64,000 nt of DNA from Eledone cirrhosa (lineage: Eukaryota): contig OZ024751.1 in NCBI GenBank assembly GCA_964016885.1, positions 5,084,001-5,148,000 on the forward strand, given 5' to 3'. A program made the position numbers and the translations under genes. Every line of letters starts with the position of its first letter. Within the stretch, counting starts at the first letter, position 1. The notes beneath the pieces were generated by a model. The model ran no database searches. It saw nothing but the letters and a program-made list of their open reading frames with translations, and was not told the origin of the DNA. Positions 38,354 through 52,124 of the stretch are shown in pieces.

Positions 38354-38536
38354 GATTAATGTTAAGAAAAATTAATAATAAGAAGAGTTAAAATTTGAGA
38401 TTTGAAAATTCAAGTATAAAATTCATTGTGGGATTTCACAGTAGTTTTCATCTTGGTAGCAGCTCGTTTAGCAGCTCGTTGACTGCTGGGTGCCTTTCTG
38501 GTAGTGAATGAGAAGTTATTTGGGTGTGTGTGTATA

Positions 38537-38621
<85 letters not shown>

Positions 38622-38639
38622 ATGACCCTCCCAATGTAT

Positions 38640-38692
<53 letters not shown>

Positions 38693-38804
38693 TGTGTGTA
38701 TGTGTGTGTGCGTGTGTGAGTATCGTGTGTGTATGTGTGCGTGTGTGTATGTCGTATGTATGAGTGTCAATAAGTGTTTTTTTAAATTTATTTTATTTTT
38801 TTTA

Positions 38805-39095
38805 TGCGCGGGGATATAGACATAGTCGGGTTGGATACCCGATCGCGCAGTTAAACAACTGGGAGTGAAGGACCCCTAGCCATTGAAAGGGCATTCTTCT
38901 AGGAGAAGGTATCTCAGGAAACTGAGTTAACTCCGACATAAAACCTGCGGCTCAGTAGTTACCGATGATGCTGATCTTTTCTTCTTTTCGGGTTATAGCT
39001 ACTGTCGCTCAGAGAGTGGGATTGGCTCAGTGTACAGTCTTTCCTCACTTTAAAAATATTCTTCACGCACAGGCATTGCACGATTGCATTAATTA
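38805..39095 (+). mobile_element. RTE 5' UTR segment
   Basis: Reverse-complement homolog of 59510-59800, which precedes an RTE endonuclease ORF. Confidence 0.8.
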
Positions 39096-39134
39096 ATAAT
39101 TATTAATAGTGTATTATTATTATTATTATTATTA

Positions 39135-39166
<32 letters not shown>

Positions 39167-39167
39167 G

Positions 39168-42100
39168 TTCTTTGAGTCTTAGTCATTGATGTTAAATCCC
39201 GCCGAAGTTGACTTTGCCTTTCATCCTTACGGGGTCGATAAAATAAAGTACCAGTAATGCACTGGGTAATTGGTGGCCTTGTGCCTAAAGTAGAAACAGT
39301 TATTTAACTTGAAAGTTTGTTGAAAAGAATATCAAGCCACTACATGCAGCCTCAGATATTCAGGACGTATCGGAGGGTTCTTGCTGTTCCCAGCAAGCAT
39401 GCCTTTTAAAGTGTTCCAAAAAGCGGGGCTGGACTAATTTTCTTTAACCATCCTTGGTAACTCTTTGAGATAGTACCTAGTGCGCCTATGACAATCGGGA
39501 TCACTTTGACTTCATGGCAGTTCTAAATCCTTTTTACCTCCCACTTTTAAGTCCTGGTATCGGTTAATTTTCTCCCTCTCCTTCTCTTGCACTCTCTTGT
39601 CGAATGGGCACGCCACATCCACAATCAGGCACGATCTTTTTTCTTTGTCCACAACCACCAGGTCAGGTCTATTGTGTTCCAGTTTCTTGTCCGTCTGTAT
39701 CCTAAAATCCCATAGCACCTTCACCTGATCGTTTTCTATCACCGACTCTGGCTTATGCTCATACCACTTCTCAGAATGTGGTAAATTGTTTACTTTGCAT
39801 AGGTGCCAGTGGATCACCCTGCCCATCACATTATGTCTCCAGCTTTTATAGTGAGTCTGGGCTAGGTGTTTACACTCGGATACAATGTGAGCCACAGTCT
39901 CCTCTCTCTCTCTCTCCACAGATCCTACACAGTGGGCTAGCCTCCTCCTTGTAAATATGGTGTTTTACCCACCACGTTTTGAGGGCCTGCTCTTGCGCAG
40001 CCATAAGCATTGCTTCTGTAGCGTTTTTAAGGTCTCCTCTTTTAAACCAGTTCTATGTCTGTGGATCTCTAAATTCAGTTTTCTTAAAGAAGGTACTATG
40101 AAGGGATTTTTCATGAAGGTTGCTCTTCCTCCTTGTTGTTATTTCTTCCTTGGACATCCCCTAGTCTATTGTCCTCTCCTTCAGTCCATTCTGAGCATTG
40201 GCTCCCTACTGCCAGTCACGTATTTGTGCAGGTTGTTTTTCTCCATCTGAACAGAGTCCTCTATGCTGATAAGAGCTCTTCCACCTTCAGATCTCCTTAA
40301 GTAGAGTCTATCGACATCACACTCTTGTGGAACATGTTGTAGATAGTCAATAGCTTCCTAGTCTTCCTATCCATTTCATTTTGTTCAGCAACATTCCATT
40401 TCAGAATTCCCGCACTGTACCTAATAATAGACACAGCTCGGGAATTTACTGCACTTATGGCATTCCTACTGTTCAGATGTGATTTTAATACGCTCCTTAC
40501 TCTCCTAATGTACTCAGATCTTATCAATTCCTTCATTTTTTTGTTCTTGATGTCATCAGCCTCCAGAACACCTAAATATTTGTATCCTTCTTCAGTGTCA
40601 ATTTCCTTTATCATCTCACCTGTTGGTACCTGGATTCCGTTGCTTCTGCTCAATTTACCCCTCCTCATCACAAGGACTCCACACTTATTAATACCAAATT
40701 GCATACATATAGCATTGCTGAAAATACGGACAGTGTCAACAAGTACATCCAACTCCTTCTCACTCTTCCCAAAGAGTTTAAGATCGTCCATGAAGAGGAG
40801 GTGGTTGATGGTAAGCTCTCCTTTGCCCAACTTGTATCCTGCTCTCACCTTTCGCAGTATAAATGTCAGGGGTATCAGGGCAAGGACAAACAACAGAGGA
40901 GATAGGCTATCTCCCTGGAAGATACCTCTCTTGATCTTCACGCCTCCCAAGGATTCTCCACCCGATGTTAATTCTGTTTCCCAGGACTTCATACTTTTGC
41001 TCAACAACTGTCTGATGTTATCTGCCACCTTGAAGATCTCTAGGCTTTTGGTTATCCAAGAATGAGGTACCATGTCGAATGTCTTTTTGTTGTCTATCCA
41101 TCCCATGGTAAGACTAGTGTGTCTCCTCTTGCAATTCCTCTTATCAATAAGTAGTTGGTCTATTGTACCACGGGACATCTTTCGGCATCCTTTCTGTTCG
41201 TCCGGTAACAAGTTGTTTGTGTGGAGGTGATGGTAGATTTCCTCAGACACAATGCTTATTAACAGTTTCCACATTACGGATAGACATGTGATAGGTCTAT
41301 AGTTGGTAACATCATTACCCTTGATTCGGTCTTTCATTACCAGGAGTGTCATACCTTTTGTCAACCACTCTGGTATCTCACCCGACATTAAGCAGTCATT
41401 GAACATGGTTGTCAGTTTCGGGTGGAGGGATGTTATATTTTTAATCCAATACCCCAGCACACCATCTGGACCTGGTGATTTCCAGCTGGTTAGTTTCAAC
41501 TGTGATACTTAAATCAATTTGTTGGTGTGCTTGTTCACTAATTTCCTTTTGTACTGTCTCAATCCACACTGCCTGATTATTATCTTCAACATCCTGCTCC
41601 CATATTCCTCTCCAGAATGTCTTAGTTTGTTCCGCCTCAGGGATCAAGTCGTTGCCTCTTTATTTCCCTTCAAGCTGCCCAAACAACATCTTCTAGTTGT
41701 TGTCAAACATGCGGTTCTGTCTATACTGACTGACTCTGCTTTCATATCGCCTAATTTTTGCACTCTTTGCTACAATGCGTTGCTTCAGTTCCTCTATGAT
41801 AATATTTAGCTTTTTCCTCCTAGTTTTGTACTTTACTTCCAGTCTATTTTTAGTGTCTATGTTTTTTAGTGTCCCATTCAGTAGGGACACAAGCTTTCCA
41901 ATGTCATTTCTCATTTCCCTGATTTGACCATTCAGTCGTTTCTTCCACCAAGGTTCTGATCTTTCTTGTTTGTTATTTCCTCTCGTTTTTATGCCAAGCA
42001 ATTTCCTCACCGCATTTGCTGTTGCTTTGAGGATATTGTTGCATTGGTGAAGGTTCCTTACCTCAAGGTATGGGATGAATTTGTTTACCTTAGCTGTTTC

Positions 42101-44093
42101 TTTTAACTTTTTCCTGTCTACAAATCTTAGGTTCATAGGTTTCCCACTATCATTGTTCATTTCATCTACCACTAAGTTTAGGATATCAACCAAATCTTGT
42201 CCTAACCCGTTAGCATTCATTTCCTCAATGGCCGTATCTTTGTTCCATGTATTATTTATTTCAGCATTCAGATCATTGTCTGCTTCGGATGCTTCCTCCG
42301 TTCTCTCAACCTCTTCACCTTCATTTCACACTGGCTCGTTTGCCTGGTATACTCCACTCTCCATTTCCAACCTAATCTCTCTGCTCAATTCCTCCAATTT
42401 CAGCTCGCTTATCCATCCATTAGTTCTTATTATCCGAGCCTGCCCAGCCAATTTTTGTTCATCTAATTTAAATAGACCAATCTCGTTCCAGATGTTATGC
42501 ATCCGTTTCCTATAGCCTTTTTCCTTGGGGTTACTCTTCAGGTAACATTGCATAACAGTTCTATTCAATTCTTTCGTCGAGTTGGTTCTGGTCCCTTTCC
42601 TTCTTCTTCTTCCTCCAACACCAGCAGTATTTGTATGACAGCCAGGTCCCTATAACGTTCCAGTCTCCTCTTCACCGTTATTCGAACTGTTTAGGTTCGA
42701 CATTTAAACACTCATATCGAGGATTGGTGAATGTATGGTTACATAACCACCGGTTATTTCATCACCCCCAGTGATTTGATCACCCACGGTGATTTTAGCG
42801 TGGCACTATCACGCTGTAGACGAACATAAATAAACAAACAAATAAATAGGTAAAAACTTAAAAAAATAAACATAAGTTTCATTGTAATGTTTGAATGTCT
42901 GAATTATTTTTTTCTGTTTGTTTCTTTTTGTTTTTTTTTCCTTTACGTTTTTCGTTTTTCAAGGCCAGTAGCATCGGTTACTAGTGTTGTTGTTGCTGCT
43001 GTGCTGTTTTGATGTTAGCTTCGTGGGAAGTAGGGATTGTTGCGTTCAAAACTTTTGAAATTTGTTTCGACTTGTTGCTTATCATTATTATTAACTTTAC
43101 CGGTGAATTGGGCGTTGAATTGGCAGTATCGGTAAAGGGTCGGACATGCTTTCCAGCATAGTTACGTCCCTTTACGATCTGAGTTCAAATCCGGCCGAGG
43201 TTAACTTTGCCTTTCATCCTTACGGGGTCGATAAAATAAAGTACCAGTAAGGTACTGGGTTAATTTGCTGGCCTTGTGCCTAAAATAGAAACAATTATTA
43301 TTAACTTTGCCTTCATCCTTACGGGGTCGATAAAATAAAGTACCAGTAATGTACTGGGTAATTGCTGGCCTTGTACCAATAGTAGAAACAATTATTATTA
43401 TTTTATTATACGGGGTCGATAAAACAAAGTACCAGCAATGCACTAGGCAATTGCTGGCCCTGCGCCAAAAAAGCAGAAACAGTCATTATTATTATTTTAG
43501 ATTTGACATCGTTTAAACTAAACATTTTGAGAGAGTTTAGGGGTACAACAGCAATAATGTTTTTGGTGTTATTGTTGTTGCTGTTGACGGGGTCACCAAA
43601 TCAGTCTATTTATATCTTTTGATACCTTCCTCGCTTAGTGAGACTACTACTATTCCTCTGTCTTAACAGGTGATAGTGGGAGAGAATAGCGGCGTTAGCG
43701 ATGATGATGCAGTCGTGGTGGTGGTGATGTGATAGTAGTACTGAAGTGAAAGTGTTGATGTAGCCGTTGGTTTTGATTTGTTTGTTTGGCTGGCTAGATT
43801 TTTTGTGTGGTAGTGGTGATGGTGATGGTGGTGGCGGCGGTGGTAGTGTTGGTGGTGAAATTATTTGCCAATTTTCTTTTTTGACTATAACATTTCTGAT
43901 CCAAAATTAAATATTAAATATTGGAGCGCTATGCCATAATGTGATGCGTTGTCACTTCCTGAGAGTTAAAACTGGTATCTTATGTTCCATTTGTAATAAG
44001 AATTATTCTATCAGAATTGTTTTAAATACGTAAAAATAAAAAACTTACGGAAGCGATTCCATAACACTCTATCCACCACATGCGTACCTTCCC
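39168..44093 (-). pseudogene. Decayed full-length Dong element, with SINE insertions at ~39193-39303 and ~43110-43481
   Basis: ORFs 42326-42568, 41693-42220, 41441-41647, 40297-41499 and 39512-39919 tile the Dong protein; (TTA)n at both ends. Confidence 0.92.
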
Positions 44094-44112
44094 TATTATA
44101 TTTATTCTTCCC

Positions 44113-44158
<46 letters not shown>

Positions 44159-44749
44159 GAATGCCATGGTTGACGGAGGCTCGGCTCTGTAAGGTATGGT
44201 AATTTTTAACCGCTATAACAATTATAAATTGTTTAAAACTTTAACCAAATTGTATAAAAAAACACCCTCCTCTTCGTGAGAGGGATCTTTTTGCCCGTTA
44301 TTTGGCCCTTCGGGGTTAAATAAATGCTTATTGGGGTTTTGTGCCCAATATTCATTTTAAACCCCCCAAAAACATGGCTACAAAAAAGAATTTTCACAAG
44401 TCACTCCCACTCATTCCGTCTTCTTCTTCCTCACTACATCAGAGAGAAGATTGTCTCTCTCCCTTCCTTCTCTAAATGTGTTTCTCTCCCTCCCTTCTCT
44501 TTCGCAAGCGACGCCATTAAAGAAAAAGAAAATATAGTTTCTGATAGCCTTCACCAAGAGCACGTGCATACCGTGGAACATTTCTCCACGACGACGACAA
44601 CGACGAATAATGTGTGCGGTAAATACGGAAAGCCATTTCATTCGTCTGACGTCATGAAGAATAGCAGTAGCAGCCGTAATAACAGCAGCAGCAGCAACAG
44701 TGACAAGGAAAACAATAGTAGCAGCCGCAACAACATCATCAGCAGCATA

Positions 44750-44780
<31 letters not shown>

Positions 44781-44867
44781 AAAACAACAACAACCACAGC
44801 AACAGCGCCGGCGGCAGTCGTAGTACCAGCACAACAACAAAAGTAACAGCAGCTCAACAACAACAAT

Positions 44868-44899
<32 letters not shown>

Positions 44900-47800
44900 G
44901 AAAGAAAAACCAATCTCGTTTGCAGGTATCGCAAAGAACCTGGAAACCATCCTTATAACAAATGAGGAATTACAGGAAGCAAAGAAGATGGTCACGAAAA
45001 CCGGACACCGAGCAATCTGCAAGGCAGCCGTAAAATTTTTCGAAACCCAACAGCCCTGTACGGTCACGGACCGTACAGTAAGCACAAAATCACGTAGGGT
45101 TGAAAGAACCACAGAGGCTCAAATACAAAAAGCCTTAGGGTCTGTGTGGCAGCGGAAAACGCATATCACCCGAGGCAAGAAATATGCCACCGTGGACGTG
45201 CTTTTTGCCACACCCCAGGAGGCAAAGTCTCAATCCTTAGTGACCGTAAGGAGCGAGGAAATGGTGTTAGTGCCCTCCTACTGCGGGCAAAAAATTGTGA
45301 GGGTCAAACTGAACCCCCCCTCCCCGGGATGGCCCCTTCTTGGTTGGCCGCGTCTGTCCTCGTCAGAATCGAGGACAAAACAACTGTACTGCAAGTACAG
45401 AAAAAAGTACGAGAAGATTGGGTCGGCACCTCCATTGAGATGTTAATCCAAACCAACCAGGCGTGCATCGAAGCTATCCCGGATGTGATAGACTTCGATA
45501 ACAGCACTTAACTGCCCATAGGTGTTGAGGGCAAACGCCCGAAATGCTTTCGCTGTGGATCGAAGACTCACCTCAGGGCCTTCTGCAATGAGAAGAACCC
45601 GAGAAAGAAGAAAATCCCCCTCCTTCCGAAACCGACTCCACTGCTACCAGCAACAGGACAGGCGGAAACCAGGTCCGTGGCACCCATACCCACGCCACGG
45701 AAATAAAGAACAGCAGCAGCAGTGGAAGTATTAACAACAACAACAGTAATACCAACTGCAGCTGCAACAGAGACTCCACTGCAAACATCACCAACAACAA
45801 CAAGTGAAAGAGTGGAGCTGGTACCCCTCCCCGACCTCACAGAATCGGACATGGAGTGTGAGGTGGGAGAGGGATGGCAAAAGGTCGCAAGAAGGCACAA
45901 ACGCAGAAGCAGCGCATCCTCGCCTTCGAAAAGGGAGGCAAGAAATGAAAAAAGGGTAAAGGCTACTGCAAAGAGACTTACAGCAGCAACACTAGCACCA
46001 CCATCACCACCGGTGGCAACCCCACCGCAAACAACAACAACACCTTCAACACAACCACCACAAGCACCAACATCGCAAACACAACAACAAAAAAAACACA
46101 CCCAGCAACAACGACAAGAAAATAGCAGAACCACACCCCACCCCCAGAAAAACAAATGTACAGCAATAAATACACACAAGAAACTAATGACTTACATAAT
46201 TGAACACACAGACATTTCACAGCACGACTACATAATACCAGCACCAATCAAAACTCCAACGAACATAAGACTGGTAAGAATAGCACAGAAACAATACACA
46301 AACATTAAAACGAAATTCCCCAATGCAATTGGTGATTTCAGAGACCTAGGAGGGACACTCAACCGGAGAGTATATTCGGATATACTCACAGAAGAGCCGA
46401 CGACCAGCCGAAGGGACAATTCAACGGTCCCTTCACCTGACGATCAAGAGAAAAGGGATGGAGAAACCATCCTTCCACTACGAGAAGTAAGGTAAGTGGT
46501 CTTTCCCATCTTTTCCACTCCATTTCAATATGATCTCACTCAGAATAGGCAGCATAAATGCGCGTGGCTTGGGGCCGTCATGGAAGCAGGGCCACCTGCT
46601 CAACGACGTCAGGTCACTAAACATAGATGTAGTGGCCATCAGCGAGACCAGAATCTCCGAAGCACGGGCCTTCGCACCGATCTTCGGCGGCTACGATGTG
46701 TACGCATCTCCCAGCCGTCCTGGATCGGGGGAAGGAGATGCTGTGCTTTTTCGGAGAGATATGGATCTCGCCATACGGACCATCTTCCTGGACCCAGAAG
46801 GTAAGTTGGTGGTGCTGGACGTGACCAGCGGAGACGGGCAAGCTTTCAGGCTAGTGGCCGTCTATGCCCCGACAGGAGCAGGGCGGCCTGATTTCTTCCG
46901 GCGTCTGGAGACCTTTCTAGGAAGGTCCCGCTCTTTAGTGTTAGTGGGCGACTGGAACGGGATCTTAGATGCACGCTGGGACTGTGTGGGATTAGCGGAT
47001 AGGGGAGGAGGGTGCAAGAGCCTCACCAACCTGCTCAGGCGTTTTGAACTGTCTGACAGGTACCGATTGGATTTCCCGAATGTGCCAATGTAGACTTGGA
47101 CAAACCGCATAGAGTCATCCAGATCATATCTAGATAGAGTATTTTGTAGGGAAATAGATAGGTCTAGCATAGGCTGTCCACAATTCAAGATAGTCAGCTA
47201 CACGGACCACAAATTCGTGATCTGTGTGCTTTACTTAGATAGGCTTCATAGACGAGGACCCGGCTACTGGAAGCTATACGCGTCCTTACCAGCGCGCAAG
47301 GCCTACAGAGACCGGAGGCGCGTCGTGGCAACAAAGCCACGATCCGATCTTTGGTGGACCACGAAGGGCGCATGCTACTCGATCCCGGGTAAATATGTGA
47401 ACATTTTCAGCGACACTTCGCTCAGCTGTTCGGGTGCAGCGGCGGGCCGGATCGAGGGATGGACTTTAGTGTCTACCTCGACGGACTGCTGCGGCTCTCG
47501 GCCACTGAGGCGGAGTGTTGCGAAAAGCCGATAACAGCCGCTGAAGTATGGGAGGCCATGACTAGCTGCACAAGGGATAAATCGCCTGGTTTGGATGGTC
47601 TACCCTGTGAACTTTACGTACAGATGCCAGACTTGTTCGGATGCCTCTTGGCGGACGTCTACTGCAACTGGCAACAGAACGGGAGAATTCCCAGCTCTGT
47701 GAGCCGAGGAGCGGTGGCGCTGCTGAGAAAGGATCCGAACATAGATAATTTCAGGCCCATAACTCTGCTAAATCAAGATTTTGGCCAAGGTGCTAGCAAA

Positions 47801-49853
47801 GAGGTTGGCGCTTGTCGTTGGTGGTCTGGTGGGAGAGGCCATTCCCGACAGATCCATCCACGACAACCTCCACCTCATGCGATACATCGCAGAGAGGGTA
47901 GCTAGGGAACCTGGCACGGGTGGGTCCTTGATCAATTTAGATCAGTCGAAAGCTTTCGATAGGGTCGACCATCGTTACCTAGCGGCAGTCCTGAGGGTGG
48001 CTGGCTTTGGGCCCGTCTTCAGAGGCTGGATCGCTGCCATTCACAGCGACATCTGCTCTGTGGTGAGAGTGAACGGTCACCTTTCGGAACCGTTCAACAT
48101 CATGCGTTCGGTCCGCCAAGAATGTCCCCTCTCGACCCTCTTGTACATATTGACTCTCGAGCCATTACTGCACAAACTGGAGACGTTAAGGGGAGTCCCG
48201 CGCGAACTATGATGCGGAAGATCCGTGTCAGCATATGCGGACGCTGTCACCGTAGTGGTGTCGAACGCCAAACACATCGAGGCGATCGGTACTACACTAA
48301 AAGAATACGAAGCGGTGACAGGAGCAATGATCAACCAGGAAAAGTCAGTGGGCCTGCAGCTCGGCACCTGGAGAGGCAGGTCCATGCCGTCCAACAGCGT
48401 CGTCGGTCGCTGGACGGATGGACCGGTTAAATTGCTAGGTGTCTGGTTCGGTCCGGACCTCCAGACGGACAAAAACTGGGACGAGGTGACGAGCAGGGTG
48501 GCTTCTCTCGCCCAGATATGGGCGGAGAGGAAGCTATCCCTGAGAGGTCGAGCAGATGTGGCTAACGCGTACATCGCGTCCGTCATCTACTACCGCCTGA
48601 CCGTCGTACCATGTCCCAAGCACCGCCTGACTGCGCTGGAGCGTTTGCTCTTTCTCTTTTTTTGGAAGGGACGCGCTCCGATGGTCAGGCGGTCCATCTG
48701 CTGTCAACACCCGCTACCTGGAGGGCTGGGAATGCCGTGGCTGATGATGTGCAGACACGCGCTCAGGCTACGACATCTCCACCTCTTCCTCGACGGTGCT
48801 CAGGTGTGGTCGCCGTTTGTTAGACGCGTCTTTCCCCAGCTCGTCTCCTTGACGGAGCTACAGTCCTGGGTCAAGCGAAGACCGAGAGGGAGCGCTTGGA
48901 GACTGGAATGTCTTCAGGCGCTCACAGCCATCGACCAATCGGGCAATGTGATCGGTGGAAACTCCACCTTGGCGTTCTATAGAGGATTAGTGGAGGGGAA
49001 GAGCGACGACGTACTTGGGGAAACTCTAGGCGTCGACGAAAATCAACTAGCCAATCTCTTCGGAAGAACTTTCGGGCCGGGGCCTATGGACAACTTCCAG
49101 AAATCCCTGGCCTGGCAGTGCTACCGAGGAGCTTTGCCAGTTCGGGATAAACTCTACAGGCATGGAGGTGCCGTCAGCCGGGCATGTCCGAGATGCGCGC
49201 AGGGCGACGAAACCGTCCTGCACGCACTCGTCCAGTGTCCGAGCATTGCTGATTTGTGGGTTTATGTCGAACACCTGCTGTCGCGTTTAGGACGGATCCA
49301 GCTATCAGCTGAGTCCATCGTGAGAATTTCTCCGCCCTCTTCCTTTAGCCGGGAAGTGCAGTTTTTATCTGTCTGGTGGCCATGGCGAAAGAGAGAGTAT
49401 GGTGGACGCGTTTGAAAGGGCTGAAGACGAGCACGTACCTCTTCGGTGATGCCCTGATTAACTTTTTCAAATTTCATTTGAAAAGGAAAATCAGGGGAGA
49501 GAAGGAAGTGCTCTCTTCCCAGCATTTTGTTGAAAGATGGGTGAGAGAGGCAAGAATGGCCCGAGTGAATGGGCCTACTCTGAGTATGTGTCTGTAAATT
49601 AAAGGTGGAAAACTGGGAGAGGGCACTTGCCCTGGTGGTCAGGGTCTCTGTGGCTTTTTAATGGGCTTTCTCCACGAATGTCCCTCGGAAGTCTCCCCCC
49701 CCCCTATTGGGGAATTTTTTCATTGTTCTATTATTACATCCTCTGTTTTTTTGTTTTTTTACACGCAGAAATGCCTTTTTGTACCGTGCAGTATTGTCCT
49801 GTACTGTCCTTAATGTCTACTTTGTGTAAACCCTTGTGGTTAATAAAGAAAGC
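44159..49853 (+). mobile_element. Near-full-length decayed Tx1/L1-clade LINE in (TTA)n
   Basis: ORF1 remnants with CFRCGSKTHLRAFC knuckle (~45545); ORF2 from 46530: APE (SINARGL, ISETR, VYAP, GDWN, YLDRVF, TDHK), RT (KSPGLDG, NFRPITLLN, LDQSKAFDRVDH, YADA), C-terminal CPRC..ETVLHALVQC; AATAAA then (TTA)n; several frameshifts and stops. Confidence 0.9.
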
Positions 49854-49864
49854 ATTATTATTAC

Positions 49865-49897
<33 letters not shown>

Positions 49898-49945
49898 GGG
49901 TTTTTTTCTCGTGCAATGGCCATACTCGATAACGAGGGGGCAGCA

Positions 49946-49948
<3 letters not shown>
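49898..49948 (+). mobile_element. RTE-like 3' tail
   Basis: TGGCCATACTCGATAACGAGGGGGCAGC resembles TGGCCGTACTCGAAAACGAGTTGGCGGC (1095-1122); followed by (AT)n. Confidence 0.55.
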
Positions 49949-49982
<34 letters not shown>

Positions 49983-49988
<6 letters not shown>

Positions 49989-51489
49989 AAAGAGAAAACA
50001 CAGGTAAGCATTAAGAGAAGGATTTTATCCAGGTATTTACGACCGTCTCATTGGTAAGTGCAACCTTATATTGCTATACTGCAAATAGCAGCCACTCAAT
50101 TATAATTGTTGTTCACAGTCCAAATTTTCAAAATAGTGAGTAAGTTACTCTTGAAATAGTTCTTAATATATAGAGAAAAACATTTTTTTGGAATTGTATT
50201 TACTAGTATAGAGAGAGAGGAATTAGAAGGTGAGGGGACAAACGGAATAGTATAGAGAGAGAGGAAGGGGGAAGAGTTAGGAAGTAGAGTGACAAACTGA
50301 GATGGGGGGAGGGGTAGAGGTGGAAGGATTCCTTGATCAGTTTTGATAGCAGACTTCATATCGTGGAATGTAGTGAGTTAAAGAGAATTAAATTGATCAT
50401 AGTGGGAGGGATGGATAGAGAGAGAGAGAAAGAGAGGGGGGGGGGGGGGAGATAAAGATAAAGATAATAATGACAAAAATAAAAGCAAAGAAGGGGGAGA
50501 AAGAAGAAAAGAAAAGATAGCCAAAAAGGAGAGGGAAGGAAGAAAGAAAACGAAGAAATAGAAGAGGAATGAAGGAGAAGGGAGGGATAAAGGTATTGGT
50601 TTTTGTGGGTAATTAAAAGGGTTTAGATACAATAAGAGGGTATAAAGTCTAAGTATATGCAGTTTGTCAGTTGGTAGTAAGAGGTTAAGTGTTCGATTTG
50701 CACTTGTAGTGCGAAAACTTCTCTTTGAGTCTATGGTTACAATAAATTGATCTCTCGATTTTATTGTTGAGTAACTTATTCTTCGAACTCAAAATGTGGA
50801 ACAGCTCAAGGTCACATAATCGACAGCTTCTCATTCTTTTAATTACCCACAAAAACCAATACCTATATCCCTCCCTTCTCCTTCATTCCTCTTCTATTTC
50901 TTCGTTTTCTTCCTTCCTTCCCTCCCCTTTTTGGCTATCTTTTCTTTTCTTCCTTCTCCCCCCCCCCCTTCTTTGCTTTTATTTTTGTCATTATTATCTT
51001 TATCTTTATTTTTTATATATATATTTATCTCTTTATATCTCCCCCCTCTCTCTCTCTATCCATCCCTCCCACTATGATCAATTTAATTCTCTTTAACTCA
51101 CTACATTCCACGACATGAAGTCTGCTATCAAAACTGATCAAGGAATCCTTCCACCTCTACCCCTCCCCCCATCTCAGTTTGTCACTCTACTTCCTAACTC
51201 TTCCCCCTTCCTCTCTCTCTATACTATTCCGTTTGTCCCCTCACCTTCTAATTCCTCTCTCTCTATACTAGTAAATACAATTCCAAAAAAATTTTTTTCT
51301 CTATATATTAAGAACTATTTCAAGAGTAACTTACTCACTATTTTGAAAATTTGGATTGTGAACAACAATTATAATTGAGTGGCTGCTATTTGCAGTATAG
51401 CAATATAAGGTTGCACTTACCAATGAAACGGTCGTAAATACCTGGATAAAATACTTCTCTTAATGCTTACCTGTTTTCTCTTTTATATT
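49983..51489. repeat. Large inverted repeat (arms ~640 bp, spacer ~216 bp)
   Basis: 49983-50619 is the reverse complement of 50836-51489; mirrored ORFs 50096-50359(-) and 51115-51378(+). Confidence 0.93.
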
Positions 51490-51684
51490 TTATACTTTAT
51501 ACTCCAAGATTGAACGGAATTCTTACAAACTTGTGGAGTTACCCCTAACCGTACGTTGAAACCATCCATGAAACTGGCTTTCTTAACCACGAACTGGATC
51601 ACAATAAGCAATTTTCTGCTTCCATAACTATATATATATGTATATATATATATAGTTAAAAGAATAGAGGTGTAACACACAAGT

Positions 51685-52068
51685 TATATTGGTAAACGGA
51701 ATAGAAAATGCTGACAAATTGTTCACAGTTGAAAAATAGTTTAATTAGGAATAAAAGAGTATTAGTAATTGTATTGGTGAGTATTCAGTTGTGGTTTTAA
51801 GTTTTTACCGGTTGCGCATTTCTAAATGCTTTTCAAAAATAATTTTGAGATAGAGCGTCCGTGTTGTTAACTCTGATCTGAGTTAACAACACGGACGCTC
51901 TATCTCAAAATTATTTTTGAAAAGCATTTAGAAATGCGCAACCGATAAAAACTTAAAACCACAACTGAATACTCACCAATACAATTACTAATACTCTTTT
52001 ATTCCTAATTAAACTATTTTTCAACTGTGAACAATTTGTCAGCATTTTCTATTCCGTTTACCAATATA
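51685..52068. repeat. Near-perfect 384-bp palindrome centred on GATC
   Basis: ...GTTAACTC-T-GATC-T-GAGTTAAC...; one further mismatch seen in the arms. Confidence 0.95.
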
Positions 52069-52072
52069 TATA

Positions 52073-52124
<52 letters not shown>

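Larger units (their letters stand above)
33117..38525 (-). mobile_element. Near-complete Penelope-like element (family 1) with direct pseudo-LTRs, inserted in (TA)n
   Basis: Direct repeats ~33117-33475 and ~38164-38525; RT and GIY-YIG ORFs between; long microsatellite-rich 3' UTR. Confidence 0.92.

Noticed and set aside
50096-51378. Pair of near-identical 87-aa ORFs on opposite strands
   Set aside because: Consequence of the inverted repeat; low-complexity S/L/P sequence with no recognisable domain
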